The notes: a model not told the origin generated them from the sequence alone. A stretch of 64,000 bases of DNA from Vitrella brassicaformis CCMP3155 (GCA_001179505.1 CDMY01000366.1:62001-126000), one strand, 5' to 3'; shown: positions 1 through 13,434, counted from the first letter of the stretch. Program-made: numbers and translations.

Positions 1-1457
1 AGACGGCCATCAACGTGAGCTCCACCTTCGCCTTGTCGTCGGCCGCATCCGTATATCTCTCCCTGGTGGTCCTCTACACAGCGAACAAGTCGCGCGGCGG
101 AATGCCATCGTCGCTTCGGTCGGCCCTGCTGAAGCTGCTGGCGATGCAGCTGCAGCTCATCCAGGCGTACAGCCTGCGACAGCTGGAGGCCATCGCCGCG
201 ACACACCACAGGAACCACATGGACTACTTCTCGGAGCCTGACCTGACCACACAGGGGCTCACCGCCGACAAGGCTATGGCCGAAGGCGAGCAGCAGGACG
301 CTGCCGTCTCCACTGGCCGCGTGAGGCTGCGTCTGAGTGAGGATGAGGGCATGGACGAGTCACTACCAGGCGAGATGATGGAAGGTGAGGAGCCCGAGGG
401 CCTGCCGCCCTTCCCGGAGGCCAACCCGGCCCCGTCTCTGCTCTTCAGCTCTCCAATGAGTGGTGTGGCTGAGGGAGAGGGTGCGCTTGTGGCCGTCGAG
501 GGCGGCGGCGAGGCCATGATTGACACGTCCACGGCTTTGGTGAGGAGTCGGGGTGAGGTGCTGCCGCGGGGCGGCGAGATGGTCGAGGAAGAGGACGAGG
601 GCGAGGAGGGGGAGGATGTGCTGCCGAGGGTGTCGATAGAGCGGCAGGTCAAGCTCAAGGACTCCTTCCACACAGAGGTCTACGCCAGCTACGACCCCAT
701 CATCGCACACAGGAGACACAGGATCCTCGCGGCACTCGGCATCGCACTCGACGCACTCGCAATCGAATGCAAACAACGGGTGGGCTGGCTGGCTGCGAGA
801 GGGGCCACTGAGGGAGGAGGGAGGAGCTCCAGGCCAACCAACATGTGTATGGATGGATGGCTGGTGTGTGTGGTGGCATCTATCGTATTGATCAGGTGGG
901 GGGCGATTCTGGGCCGGCGAGTGACTACTACGTGCACATGATGACAGGCCAACACACGGTACGTACGGTCACCTCACCAGCTGACTAATTGCACTCAGCC
1001 AGCCACCCAACATGTGTGTGTGTCTGATTGTGCGCCTGTGTGCGTGTGTGTGTATGTGTGTGCGTTCTGCAGATGAGTGAAGACGAGTTGGCCTTTCTGT
1101 CCCAGGCGATGGAGGTGCTGCGCGCCACAGGCTGCGTTGGGATGGCCCCGTCCTCCCTCGTCTCGGCCATGGAGCTCTTCGCCGTCTGGCGCCGCCATGT
1201 CGACGACACCCAGGGGTACGACGTCACCCCCATGGCACACGAGGCCGTGCGCAGGGCCATCACACTCAACGGAGACTTCAGGCGACTCGACAGGCTCAAC
1301 AAGGCTATGAATCTGGTGGGTGGGGGGAGGGAGGGAAGGTATTGTTCACGGCAACGCAGCGAGCGCAGCAGATGTTTGCTGCCCCCCTGGTGGGGTCGGT
1401 GTGTGGCATTGTGTTCAGGATGCCTACAGCGAGTATGCTCTGCAAAGGCCTCACTGA
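1..1457 (+). CDS. 3' part of an unknown spliced protein (gene begins before the window)
   Basis: Open frame from the window edge to a donor at ~679 (...KDSFHTE|gt). Exon 1073-1314 (MSEDELAFLSQ...KAMNL) and a last exon DAYSEYALQRPH-TGA (1455-1457), joined by GT-AG introns. No family recognised. Confidence 0.6.
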
Positions 1458-1731
1458 AGTGCTGGATGGGTGGCCTGACTGACTGGCTGTGCGGTGAAGG
1501 GCGACAAGGCAGGCATGGCTGCATGTATGGCCAAATGACCGGTGCGGACGTATTGTAAGTCAGATTCTCATCCATCCATCTATCTGCAGACAGAGAGGAT
1601 ATCATATGAGGGGTTACATACGTACATCCATGCATCCATGCATGGCATGCATGTCATTGAAGAATGAATGTATGCACACTGACACTGACACTGTCCCCAT
1701 CTCACCAACGCATGTGTGTATGTATGTATTG

Positions 1732-4700
1732 TCACCCTAAGCCATGCGATCGTTTGTGCTGCAAAATGGCAAGGGAGGTGGCGCCCCTCAGCTCCTCCCC
1801 GCACACTTCACACTGCCACACCTCACCCCTCCCCACCGCAGCACCAGCAGCAGATGCAGCAGATGCAGATGCACTCACGCCACCCACCATCTCCCCTTCT
1901 GCAGCAGAAGCGGCGGGGGCCGCCCCCTCCGCCTCTCCCTCTCCCTCTCCCTCTCCGTCTTGCGTGGTCGCTTTGCCGCACTCCTTTTTGTGCTCGGCGA
2001 TCTGTCTGCGGTTGAAGCGAAACGTTTTCCTGCAGGTGGGGCACTCCCAGCTGACGGCTATCTGATCGGAGGCCAGCGACTTCTCCACGCTGATGGTGCT
2101 GTAGATGGTGTTGAAGTGTAGCCAAGGGCACAGCTCCACCCCCTCCCAGCCCTCCTGCTGCTGCCCTGGCTTGTGATTGGTGTCGTCTCCCGGCTGTTTG
2201 CGGAACGCCTCATACTCCCGCTCAGTGAGGCTCTGCGGCGCATACTCGAGAGGCTGCTCGAAGAACTCTATGAGTGTGGCCTCCAGGTCGCTCTCACTCA
2301 TCGGCTGCGGCGGATCCGAGAACACCAGACGCAAATCCCGCGGCACGCTGCAGCCAGCCAGCCAGGCAGACCAACAATACATTTATTACACACACAAGCA
2401 AGGGAAGTAAGACGGGCACGGAGCACTGGACGACGCACCAATCCATGCGGCTGGGTGTGAGCCTGTCTGTGTAGTCTGTCTCACCTGTCGGGCAGGTCCT
2501 TGTTGCCCCAGTCGACATCGGTGCTCTCCCATAAGTCCTCGCTCTCCTCCTGTGCCTGACCCCCGTCACCCACCTGGCCGCTGAATATCCTCTGCACTGT
2601 GGCGTCCTGCCGCACCAGGAGGTTCCACCGGAGGGTATAGGTCAGACGCAGGAGTGGGGCCACCACCAGCATCGGCTGCGTGAGCATCACCTGGATCCAT
2701 CCGTCGAAGATGAGCAGCGAGAAGTCCTCGTTGGTGTCCACACGAGAGGCGGCCATCAGTAGCAGTGGAAGGAGCGGCACCGGAGTGACATGTGTCACGA
2801 ACGGCTTGTAGGTCTGCAGCAGGGAGCCGTAGACCAAGCACACCGAGGGGTCGCTCATGTCCCTGGCGTGGGGGAAGAGGCTGCTCTGCGGGTGCAGGTT
2901 GACGAAGGCCACGTATCGCGTTACAAACACGCAGTCCTGGGACGATGCCTTGGCCTGGTTGGAGGGGTGGGGCAGGGCCACATTGGGGTACAGCGACAGA
3001 CAGACGAGCACGCGGAGGAAGCTGAGCTCCTCCCTCGTCAGCACTCGCAGTGTCTGGCTGAGATCGGCTCGCGTGGCGTACTTGAGCTCGAATTCCAAGT
3101 GCCTCTCGAGGACCCGAGAGCTGACCCCCTCCATCCCCAGGTGACCTCTGTCACCATCCGGCCGCACGCGCACCTTCTTGTCGCGTTTCCTCTTCCGACT
3201 AGCACGGGGCTCCTCCCTCTCCTTGCCCTCCCCGCCGCTGCCCTGGTCGTTGTAGTCGTCCTCGGCCTGCTCCGAATAGCGTGTGGCGCCACCGCCAATG
3301 TCCTCATCCTCCACCAGAGCCCCTTCGCCGTCCTCGAGTGCGAGCTGCCTCTTCTCCCTCCGGCCCTCACTGGCCTTGAGCTGCCGCAACTCACGACGCA
3401 TCTCGTCACGCCGCTGCTGCTCCTCATCACCCTCCTGACGCGGGGCCGTGTCGTCTACGGCTCCGCCAATGGCCGTCTCGAGGGCATTCATGGCGTCGTG
3501 TCGCCGCTTCACGTTGCCGAGGCCTGGACGACGCCTCCGGGCCTGTGAGTCGGGACCCACTCCCTGCTTGATGACGTCACACAGCTGGGAGGAGAGCTTG
3601 GTGAGTTCGAACATCCTCTGCTCGTCCACACCGTGCTGGCGACACCACGAGTGCGCCTTGCGGCTTCCGCCGGCGAGCTCTCGACCCACATAGGGCTGGG
3701 CGTCCCGGGTGGTCCCGCTGTTGGTTGAGGTGCGCTGCTGCAGCCATGCCGTGTAGACATTGTGTGTGGTGAAGAGGTCGCCCAGCTTGGGGCCCTTCTT
3801 GGGGTTCATCCCAGACACGCTTGTGTCGTCGCCGTCTCTGGAGACACCCGAGAAGTGGTGGCCGCCTGGCTTGGGGACGAAGGGTGAGTGGAGGGACATA
3901 GCCGCCGCCAAAATCGACGCATGAGACAGCTTCTTGAACAGAAGCGCAATGATCAGCAGCTTGCCGACTACATTGCATACACCAACCAACAGGCAAAGAC
4001 AAAAATGGAACGAACAAGTGAGTTGGTGTCCACTTGGAGTGTGTGGGTGTGGCTGCACACCTGAGATGGCGACGGGCAGCCTGCTCAGCACCCGTCCGAG
4101 CGGCGTGAGGCGGAGTGTCTTGCCTCCCAGAAGCTTGCTCACGATCACACTCGTGGGCCAGGTGTTGTCCATGTCTGCTGCCGCGTCTGCCGCAGGCGTC
4201 TCATCAGCGATGGCCATCAAATCAGCGTCCGTCTTGAGCGCTGCCTTGGAGAGCACCAGTGTCTGGATGGCCGCCTGGATGTTCTTGACGGGCGGATTGT
4301 CGGGCAAATCGAACTCATGGACGCTATACCTGCAGTGGACGAATGCAGCCAGCAGTGCAGCAATCCATCAGGGGTGAGGTGAGCGGGCGGCATGGATGAG
4401 AGGGGCAAGTGTGCTGGCCGGGCCGGGTTGGTTGACTGGTGTGTGTGTGTGTGTGCGTGTGTGTGTGTGTGGACAGTCGTTAGTTACATGCATGCATACC
4501 CGAGTGCCAGGACCGACAGCAGAATGCCCTCAAGCGGCACACGGTGCATCTCGGGGAGGGCGAATGGTTCGAACAAATCGTAGAGACGCTGGACACAAGG
4601 AATGAATGCACACACACACACACACACACACACAGAGTCAATGAATGTCCCGCCTGCAGTCTGCGTGGCGTGACTGACCTTTGAGTAGAGTCTCCAGCAC

Positions 4701-6886
4701 TGTCCTGGTCCCGTCCTCCCCGCCCGCCCCTTTCGCTGCTCGGCGGCGGCCTTGGAGATCCAGCGCTCAGAGAGGTGCTTGACCGAGGAGGTCACCTCGA
4801 CATCCATCTCCTTGCTCTTGCCGCTGTCTATCACAAACCGAATCCCGTCTATTGTCACACTGGCACGCACACACCACACCAAAGCCAAGGCAGCAGCCGC
4901 GTCGATCATCAATCAACGCATCCATGGCTGGCTGGGTGTCTGCGTAGTGGTCCCTCCCCACCTGGTCTCGGCGATGTTTGTGGCCACGACGCACTTCCTG
5001 ACCCCAGCAGGCGGCAGGTCGAACACTTTGTCCTGCAGCTCAGACCCCATTTGGGAGTGCAAGGGCAGCACAATCCACCTACACACAAAAAATATATGCA
5101 CCAACATCAACCAACTCCTACGGTGCTGCCGCTGGTGACATATGTGATGGAGGTATGTGTATGTGTGTGTGCATGTAGGTACCTTCTTGTGTGTTGTGCG
5201 TATTCCCTCAGCGCAGTCACAAGTGTGTCGATTTCGTAGGCGCCCGAAAGGAAGACGAGGACGTCGCCTCTCTCGTCGCGCGGCACCCGCTCGTCGATCC
5301 GCCGGATGACGGCCAGGTACGGCTGCACATTGAGCTCTGTCCGCCGTATGCGCGTCAGAATGTCGGTACGGATGGTCTCGGGCTCATCTGCAGACACAAG
5401 GGCGGGGCGGGGCGGGGCAGGCAGCAGAGAGAGAGAGAGAAACTTCCATCCATCCATCCACCAAAATGAATGTCATGTTAGCTATTTGTCTTGACATGCC
5501 TTGTTGCGGGATGTTTTCCACACTGACAGGGAAGGTCCTGCCGGGAACGCGCAGAATCGCCTCGTCCGGGATGCCGAAGAAACTGAGAACAGAAACAGTC
5601 CCCATTGTGTGTGTGTATGGATGCGTGCGGTGTTGCTCGTTGACTTGTCCGTCCCTCACTTGGCGAACAGTCCGGTGTCTATGGTGGCGCTCATGAGCAC
5701 GACTCGAAGATCAGGGCGCTGCGCGAGTATTTGCTTGAGCACCCCCAGCATCAGATCCATGGTGATGTGCCGCTCGTGGACCTCGTCCACGATGACCACA
5801 TCGAAGTCATTCACGGTGCCGTCGCCCTCAAGCAGCCGCAACAAGAGCCCCTCAGTCACAAACAAGATCTGACATGCAGACCCCAACAACCATTGATTGA
5901 CTTGCCCGCCGTGTCTGTCTCTCTCTGTAGGTATCATCCATCCCGTGTTGGTTGATTCACCTTGGTGTGTTGTGTTCTGGTGCTGTCGAATCGGATTTGG
6001 TAGGCGATCCTGCTGCCCCATGTCTGGTGGGTCTCCTGCGCCACTCGCCTGCACCACATATGGGATGTGATGGCTGGAATAATGAGTGAATGCACGCGGC
6101 CATCTGTCTGCAGATCTGTGTGTGGGCTGTCTGTCATCTCATCCATGTGACTGGCCTGCATAAGCTGATAGCGGCGATTCGCCTCGGCTGGGTGCAGATC
6201 ATCGATTCGAAGTCCCTCGACCTCAGCAAGTACTGAGGGACCTGTGTCGACTTGCCACAGCCAGTTTCTCCTTGGATGAGAACAACGGGGAATCGCTTGA
6301 CGGCCGCGACAATCTCTCTCTCGTACGCAGCGATGGGCAATTTGGCCCTGTCCTCGTCCATCTTGCGACGCTTCTCGTCCTCGCTCTTCTTTCTGAAGGC
6401 CCTGTAGTGCTCTATCGCCCTCTGAAACTCCAGGAGGTCACCCTCCAGCTCCTGACTCACACTGTCGCTCAGTCCGCCGCCCCTCTCTCGGCCCCCCCGC
6501 TGAGCCAACGCAGCCACGCTTCGCCGTGCCCGATAGAGGACGTCATCAGACAGGCGCTTGCGACCACCGCCGCCGCCCTTCTGGCCCTGGTCGTCGTGTC
6601 GGCGCTGCAGCAGCACCATGTACTTGTCAAAGAATGTATCAAACTCAGGCTCACGGATCTCCCTCTCATCGGGGAAGATGTCACTGCACAGCGCACACAC
6701 CAACACACAGAGAGTGCCCGACTAACGAGATGGTTTGGTTATCTTTCACCAGAGGAGCTGCCGTGAATTCTGCCACAGGTCCTTCAGGCGTGAATGCAGC
6801 GGCGGCCGGGAGGGAGGGTCATCGAATCGCCGCGGGGATCTTGATCGCGAGCGATACCGCCGTCCTCGCGAGTAGTTAGGCTCCAT
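1732..6886 (-). CDS. DHX34: DEAH-box RNA helicase, DHX34-like (multi-exon)
   Basis: Motifs [60 protein letters not shown] and [14 protein letters not shown]2 and OB-like regions follow, then C-terminal zinc-finger-like CPTC..H..C and CEVC..H..H. The layout matches DHX34/SMGL-2. ATG 6886, stop 1732. Confidence 0.85.
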
Positions 6887-6973
6887 CTGGGCGGTTGGTT
6901 TGTTGGTTGGTTGGTTGGTTAGTGTGTAGCGAGACTCGTAACACCTCGAGGTCTCCAACTCTCCTTTTCACAG

Positions 6974-6990
6974 AAACCCTTCACCCTAGC
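6974..6990. promoter_or_regulatory. telo-box-like AAACCCT motifs upstream of DHX34
   Basis: gaaacccttcaccctagctgaaaaccct about 90-110 bp upstream of the DHX34 ATG; resembles the telomere-like motifs at 13584-13640. Confidence 0.3.
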
Positions 6991-7198
6991 TGAAAACCCT
7001 GGTCCTTGCCGCCGCCAACATGTGCGTGGCTGGCCTGGGTATGTGTTTCAAATTTGTGCTGAGATGCATGGGGCTCTGCTTTCAATGCTCAAACTTGGCC
7101 GTGTCTCTGTATTCGGTCGGTTGTGTGTCTGTATGTCTCACGCTCGAAAAGAAACACTCATGTTTTCCGCCTTCTTGGTCCTCTGGGATGAACGCTGA

Positions 7199-8312
7199 CT
7201 AGAACTGGTACACATCACCGGTCGCCACCCCGACAGCTGTGCTGGTCCTGCAAGGGACAAAGAGACACGAGAGGGATTCACGTGCAAACCGTTCACATCC
7301 ACCCCGATTCACTTGAACATGATTTTCGTGGGGTTCGCCTTGATGATGATCAAGGAAACGGAGCCCCCATCATTCGTCGGCACCAACACCTGCACAAACA
7401 CACACATTGTGTGATTGACAAGGCACGCATACATACATACATACACAGACATATGAATGAATGAATGAATGGGACCTCGGAGATGCTGAGGTCGTCCACC
7501 TTGATCGTCGACGGATCGGTCCAGACCAGGAAGCCGAACAACTGAGCCCCCATCTGGCTAGCCGAAAGCAGCGCCTTGTCCTCGTCAGTCATGTTCTCTT
7601 CGTCGAAGGTTTCCTTGATGAACGTGTCGGAGAATTCCTTGCACGACATACAGCTGGGAGGACTACGACACGTTTTGTAGCCTTCGCAGAACGGGGAGCC
7701 ACCATCCTGCATGAAAAAGGCATGTTCTGAGGGCGTATATCTACTATGGGTGCATGACCGCCAGTTCGATTCCGGTGAATTTCCTGGTCCACTGACAGAC
7801 AAAGTCGAAGGAGGAGAGGCATACGGTGTGCACAGCTGGATGAATCAGTCGGCCAGCCAGCCAGCCAGCCAGCCAGCAGTGACTTACGGCAATCTTGTTG
7901 CCAGAGGTGGCGTCGTAGATAGTGATGATGAGCTTGTCGTTGCCCTGTGGAGATACAAAGGTGGAGGACACTGCATGGTTTGTGCCTTCCCTCCCCCCAC
8001 GCACCATCACGCCATTCATCCAACGCATCCGAATTATGTATGTCTCTGTGCACTGCAGTAAGTACCTCGCCGAGAGGATGAGTGAAGCCAGGCTCCTCGG
8101 GCTTGGCCGGAAACTTCGCCTCTGGAGCTTCAAGTTTCCCCTCGGGCATGGTGAGGACACACTTCGCCCAGCCCTTCTGGGTCTCGAAGCCTGTTCAGTG
8201 GATAACAAAGGAGGATTATATCCTGAGATTGCTTTCAAATTCTCAGCCTACAAAGGACGCGGTTCAGCCTATGCTCGGTGTCGCTCTCAGGTTTGGGGTC
8301 GCCCTTCTGCAT
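7199..8312 (-). CDS. hypothetical protein (multi-exon; start uncertain, alternative ATG at 8149)
   Basis: Codon-like exons FETQKGWAKCVLTMPEGK..., GNDKLIITIYDATSGNKIA, SGPGNSPESNW...DDLSISE, VLVPTNDGGSVSLIIIKANPTKIMF and KTSTAVGVATGDVYQF-TAG, separated by microsatellite introns. Confidence 0.55.
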
Positions 8313-8420
8313 ACAGAATCATACATACTGCCGATCACCTTGCTACCAGCTTGCTGACCAGATTAACCGAAATCACAGCCGCTCGGTAGCGGGGCTTGGC
8401 CTTGGAGAGCGTCTTGATGT

Positions 8421-9690
8421 AATTCGCTTTCTTGGCAAAGGGACTTTTTCTCAGCGTGAAACGGACTTCGGTGTGGGCTGGATGAATGTCATCAGATGCC
8501 TCAGATGACTCAGCGGACCCTCCTGTGAGACACCAATGGGCCTTTGCTGCCTCGCGTGAGAGCGTGACTCAACCTCGGCAAGCAAACTCGCCTATTCGGT
8601 CGCAAATCGCCGTCGAGAATGGTTCATCTTCTGACAATCAAAATGCCTTTATTTCTCCATGGAGTCACTCTTTCATCGGTCCGCTCTTTCACAGAGGGGT
8701 GCTTCATGTGTCTTGCGGTCATTTCGAGCCATGAGTGGTCGGCCCGAATGGCTGATTTGAGTCTGTTTGTGAGTTGCTTGGCTTATGCGGTTCATTTTGC
8801 TTGTGATCAGAGTGATCACAGTCACCAATGGGCTGATTGCTTGACAGAAATGATTGCTTCATGTGGTGATTGCTTTGTCACATGAATGAGACACGCGATA
8901 AGCAACCGAGACACGATGAGAATGGGCGATGGTGGTGTGCTGTGCTCCTCTCTGATGCCGCTCTGTACTCCTCGATCACTCACTCATACATAAACATGCG
9001 TATGCAGGTGACTGCTTCACTCACTAACTGAGGGTCGACCCACCGCCCGGCAAGCAGGTGGGTCGACCCTCACTTAGTGAGTGAAGCAGCCACCTGCATA
9101 CGCATGTTTATGTATGAGTGAGTGATCGAGGAGTACAGAGCGGCATCAGAGAGGAGCACAGCACACCACCATCGCCCATTCTCATCGTGTCTCGGTTGCT
9201 TATCGCGTGTCTCATTCATGTGACAAAGCAATCACCACATAAAGCAATCATTTCTGTCAAGCAATCAGCCCATCCCGATCACTCTACTCACAAGCAAAAT
9301 GAACCGCATAAACCAATCAGTCACTCATCAGCCATCCAAAGCGACCATTTCATGGCTCAAAATGACCGCAAGACACATGAAGCACCCCTCTGTGAAAGAG
9401 CGGAAAAATGAAAGAGTGACTCCACGGAGAAACACAGACATTTTGATTGTCATCTTCTGAGATGAAGCATTCTCGATTTTGCGACAAAAAAGCGACCTGG
9501 CAGTGCGTGACCGAGCTTGAGCCACGATGACATGAACGGAAGAGCAGCGGCTTCGCGCTTGAAAGGCAGCAAAGGCCCATTGGTGACTCACAGGATGGTC
9601 AGCTGAGTCATCTGAGGCATCCGATGAGTTCACACAGCACAGAAGTCCGTTTCACGCTGAGAAAAAGTCCGTTTGCCAAGAAAGCGAATT
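8421..9690. repeat. long inverted repeat / foldback (arms 8421-9044 and 9057-9690, 12-nt spacer)
   Basis: The arms are reverse complements, e.g. aattcgctttcttggcaaagggactttttctcagcgtgaaacggact vs agtccgtttcacgctgagaaaaagtccgtttgccaagaaagcgaatt. ATGT lies directly on both flanks. Confidence 0.95.
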
Positions 9691-11007
9691 ATGTCCTCGA
9701 CGAAGCTGTGAGGGCACGTGGACTTATTGTTGGTGACATGGGCTTCGTGTCCCGCCGCCATCTCTTCCACATTTGAGGCTGCGCATTGCAGAACAAGATG
9801 GCCGCGAGGATGGCAATAGGCGCCATGGCAGGACTAGGCAGGACGTATTCGGGGAGCCACGCACGAGAAGGGGGCCGACAAATATGACACGGACGGAAGG
9901 CGGCAAGATGTGCATGCGAGTGGGGGCGTCTCGATCTACGCGACATATGTTATGTGCTGGATGATTCATGGTATGCTGGTCAGTGTCTAGATTTGCCCTT
10001 CCTCGGACATCTCCATCTTCTGTACGTTTGTAGATGCACCGCACCGAACGGGAGAATCCATCTGCGTGAGTTTTCAAACAGCCCGCACACAAGGTCACGA
10101 CCAGTCGTAAGACAAGAAACTCTCACCACTCTCGCTGACGGCCAGTCAAGTCAGTCAGTCAGTCAGTCAGACGCCCGCACTCTCACCTCACATCGCAACA
10201 CTCGCTGCCCGCTACGCTGCCACGCCGCGCAGGGCTCTCAAACAACTCTCACACGCAACACGCACGCACATGGTCATGTTGGCATCCCATCCCCCGATCT
10301 TTTTCTCTGTCTGTGAAAAAGCACCACCCTACCCCACCTTGTCGACCTACCCACGGGCTGATCTGATGCACACCACGCACCACACGAGTTGGCTGCCCGC
10401 AGGATGCCGCTCTGCGGCCCTGCTCGCTGCCTCGTGCTTGCATGAATGCATGGTGCAGGCCATGTTATGTTGTCTCGCCTCGCCAGCACTGTGAGTGACC
10501 AAGGCCCGCCCCGCCAAGCCCTCATCACCGGTGACCCAGGGCAAAATTGGTTCATCCATGCAATGCATACATACATCACACCAACGCACGCAGAGACACA
10601 CACATCCCGGCAAAGGAACCCTCAAGCAGACAGACGCGTACATCCACGGGCAGAGAGGCCGCTGTACCAATCAAACGGCCACCAGCCGTCTTGGCATGAT
10701 GGAACACATCACGCGCATATGTGTATTGTATGAAGGGAAAGCCAGTCAGGCGGGACGGGAAGAGCAAGTGGCCCATGCTGGCGCGGCACGTACCAATAAA
10801 ATCAATCAGGCAGAAAGAAACACAGAGAGAGAGAGGTGTGTGGAGAGCAGGGTGTGGTGTGAAAAGGGGTACAAACGTACATGCGCCAAGCATACATACA
10901 CACACAGCGAAACACAACAAGGGTCGGGAGGGAGGCTGCCAACAGGACAGGCTCGTCGTGTTGCAGTGTTCGCTCACTCATTCATTCATCTCATGAATCG
11001 AATCGAG

Positions 11008-13434
11008 TCACTTGGCGACCCCGTCGACGGGGTCGCCGACATACCCGTCCCTCTGCATGTCGCCATAGACGGGGTCCTCCGCCGTCTGCAAAAAGAGACA
11101 GAGGTGTCCACCCGGGGGGATGCACTCAGTCTGTCTCGCTGGCTGAGAATCTGTTTGTGCTTTTCTCAGCTCACCTCAGAGTACCATCCATTGCCGAGAT
11201 ACCCCGACCTGGGGATGCCTGCGGCGTCGAGCGACGGGTCAGCCGGCCGCAGTAGGATATCCTCGACGTCGCGCTGGATGGTGGCACACATGTCCGCCAG
11301 CGTCAGCTGCTTGTTGTAGTAGTCGAACGGCTCCTCAATGAAATGACCGATCTCCTGGTGGACACAAAAACAAAAGCAGAAAGGAGACAAGAAGGTAAGG
11401 CCGCACTCACTCACTCACAGCCGGAGGGACAGGGCCTCCACCTCGCTGCCCCACTCCTGTCTGTACCTCGATGGAGAAGAGTCCCCACTGGAGGACGAAC
11501 ATAGCCAGAGGCGTGAGCAGGCCCAGTTTGGTCACCAGCACGAAGGGCAGGGTGGTGCAGAAGACCGTCAGGAAGCGCGACGTGTGTCGGGAGTAGGACT
11601 TGGGGATGGGCGTCTTGGCGATACGCTCACACGCTCCCATCACGTCGCACAGAGTGCCCAGGCACTTCTCGATCTGCACACGGTAGGCTGACACACACAA
11701 GCAAGACATGGGCAGAGGTGTGAGGTGCAAGGTGCTGACTGCAGGTCTGTCTGTTCCGCCCATCCCCTTACATAGAGCCGTGGCTGCCTGGCTACATACA
11801 TACATGGGTTGGTGAAGAGTTCGGGTCGCACGCTGAGGGAGATGCTCTGCTGACCGCTCTGCTGACGGAACATCTCAACCACCGAGGACTCTGCACACAC
11901 ACAGGCAGCACAAAACACCACAGCACACCATCCGCTTCTGGCTGGCTGGCCGGCCCCACGCACCTGCCCTCCCTCCCTCCCTCCCTCCCCGTATCTGTCT
12001 GTCAGTCTGCCGGTCAGGTCGATCGGCCCCTCACCCACCGACTCACCCACCCTCCCACCTTTGTTGTTGACGCCCACAGCCTGCGGTGCGTTGACGTTGA
12101 TGCCCACCGGCGGGGGGCTCGTCTGCCCAACCGGCTCCAGGCTCCCCTGCAGCGCCAGACGCAGCTCCAGATTCAGCATACGCAGAATCGCCAACGGAGG
12201 GCTTCCCACTCTGCATAATGGAGGATGGATGGAATGAACCAAACCGACGAGGGAGACAACACAACACAACCACACACACACACACACGAACAGGTGGGTG
12301 AAGTGACAGGTACAGGTACGTGAGTGACTATGTGTGTCTCTCTCTTACTTCTTGAGGGCTTCGTACTCCGTCGGTGTGAAGTACTTCTCTATCTCTGAGA
12401 TGTCGTCGAGGCCCTGTAGATGCTGCTTCAGCGCCGCACAAAAGGCCGCCGTCAGGTTGCCGAACCCTACACGGGCCATGCCAACCACATCGACAGACAT
12501 GATGTGCACATGGGACGGACCGGAGCCCACGTGTGGACTGGCTGCTTATCTATCGCCTGCTCACTCACTCTTGTGGTGTCTGGGGTGGGTGTATGTCGCC
12601 GCACAGTAGGCGATCTCGCGCGACTTGTTGACCAGCGTACCCCAAAGCTTTCGAGCCTCCCAGAACCTGCCGTGCCGTACACAGACGTACAGGTGGGTGT
12701 CAGTCACCTGTCAGCTGGCCACCGTGGGAGCGAGCCATCTGTCTGTCCATTTACCGACCTGTCGTAGGATGCATTGGTCCTGAAGACGAGCAGCAGGGCG
12801 AGAGCGCTGGCCATGATGGAGTGTGGCAGCACGGGGAACTCAGGCAGCTCGGGATAATACTCCCACAATGCAGCAACGCCGGCAGCCCACAGCTGTGCAC
12901 ACACGCACACGCACACACCACAGGCAGAGCAGACAGATGAATGAATGAATGAGTGGATGGATTCATTCATTCATGAGTCAACCCCTCAGCGCGTGCAGAT
13001 GTGTGTGTGGGTGCAGACAGAGCCTGAGCTGCGGCCCCACCGTGTTCCAGAAGAGGTGCGATTGGATGCGCTCGAAGATCTTGGACCTGGGCAGGGATTG
13101 AATCGCATACAGCCAGTCCTGACACAGCAGTGGACACCCATACCACAAGAGCGTGCAAAATGAGTCTGCCCGTCGCTGGCTCTATCGCCTTCCGCCGGCC
13201 TGCCCTCACCTTGGACGAGTATCTGACGGGCTTCTTGAGTGCCAGAGACACTGTGGCTGGCACATCTGCCTCGCCGCCGGGGAATGGCCTCGTCACCTTC
13301 CTGGTGTGCGGCCGCAGGATGTTCGACGGCTGCAGAGGGCTGGGGGGGACGAATGCAGGCATGGCTGTGTCGGCATCTGTCGGTGCAAGCAGCACGGCAG
13401 CCGAGGCCGCCAGACCCGTCAGCGAGATCTTCAT
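11008..13434 (-). CDS. bestrophin-family anion channel (VCCN1/BST/YneE type) with bipartite plastid-targeting leader
   Basis: Spliced RYSSKDWLYAIQSLPRSKIFERIQSHLFWNT, LALLLVFRTNASYDRFWEARKLWG, ERIAKTPIPKSYSRHTSRFL and FSIEEIGHFIEEPF. N-terminus MKISLTGLAASAAVLLAPTDADTAMPAFVPP (signal plus AF motif). Confidence 0.92.

Noticed and set aside
8486-9633. Paired ORFs MSSDASDDSAD... on opposite strands
   Set aside because: They are mirror images created by the inverted repeat, diverge in frame, and show no protein-like features.
9689-10100. Short minus-strand ORFs (e.g. MAPIAILAAILFCNAQ...)
   Set aside because: No splice structure or recognisable homology; cannot be supported as a gene.
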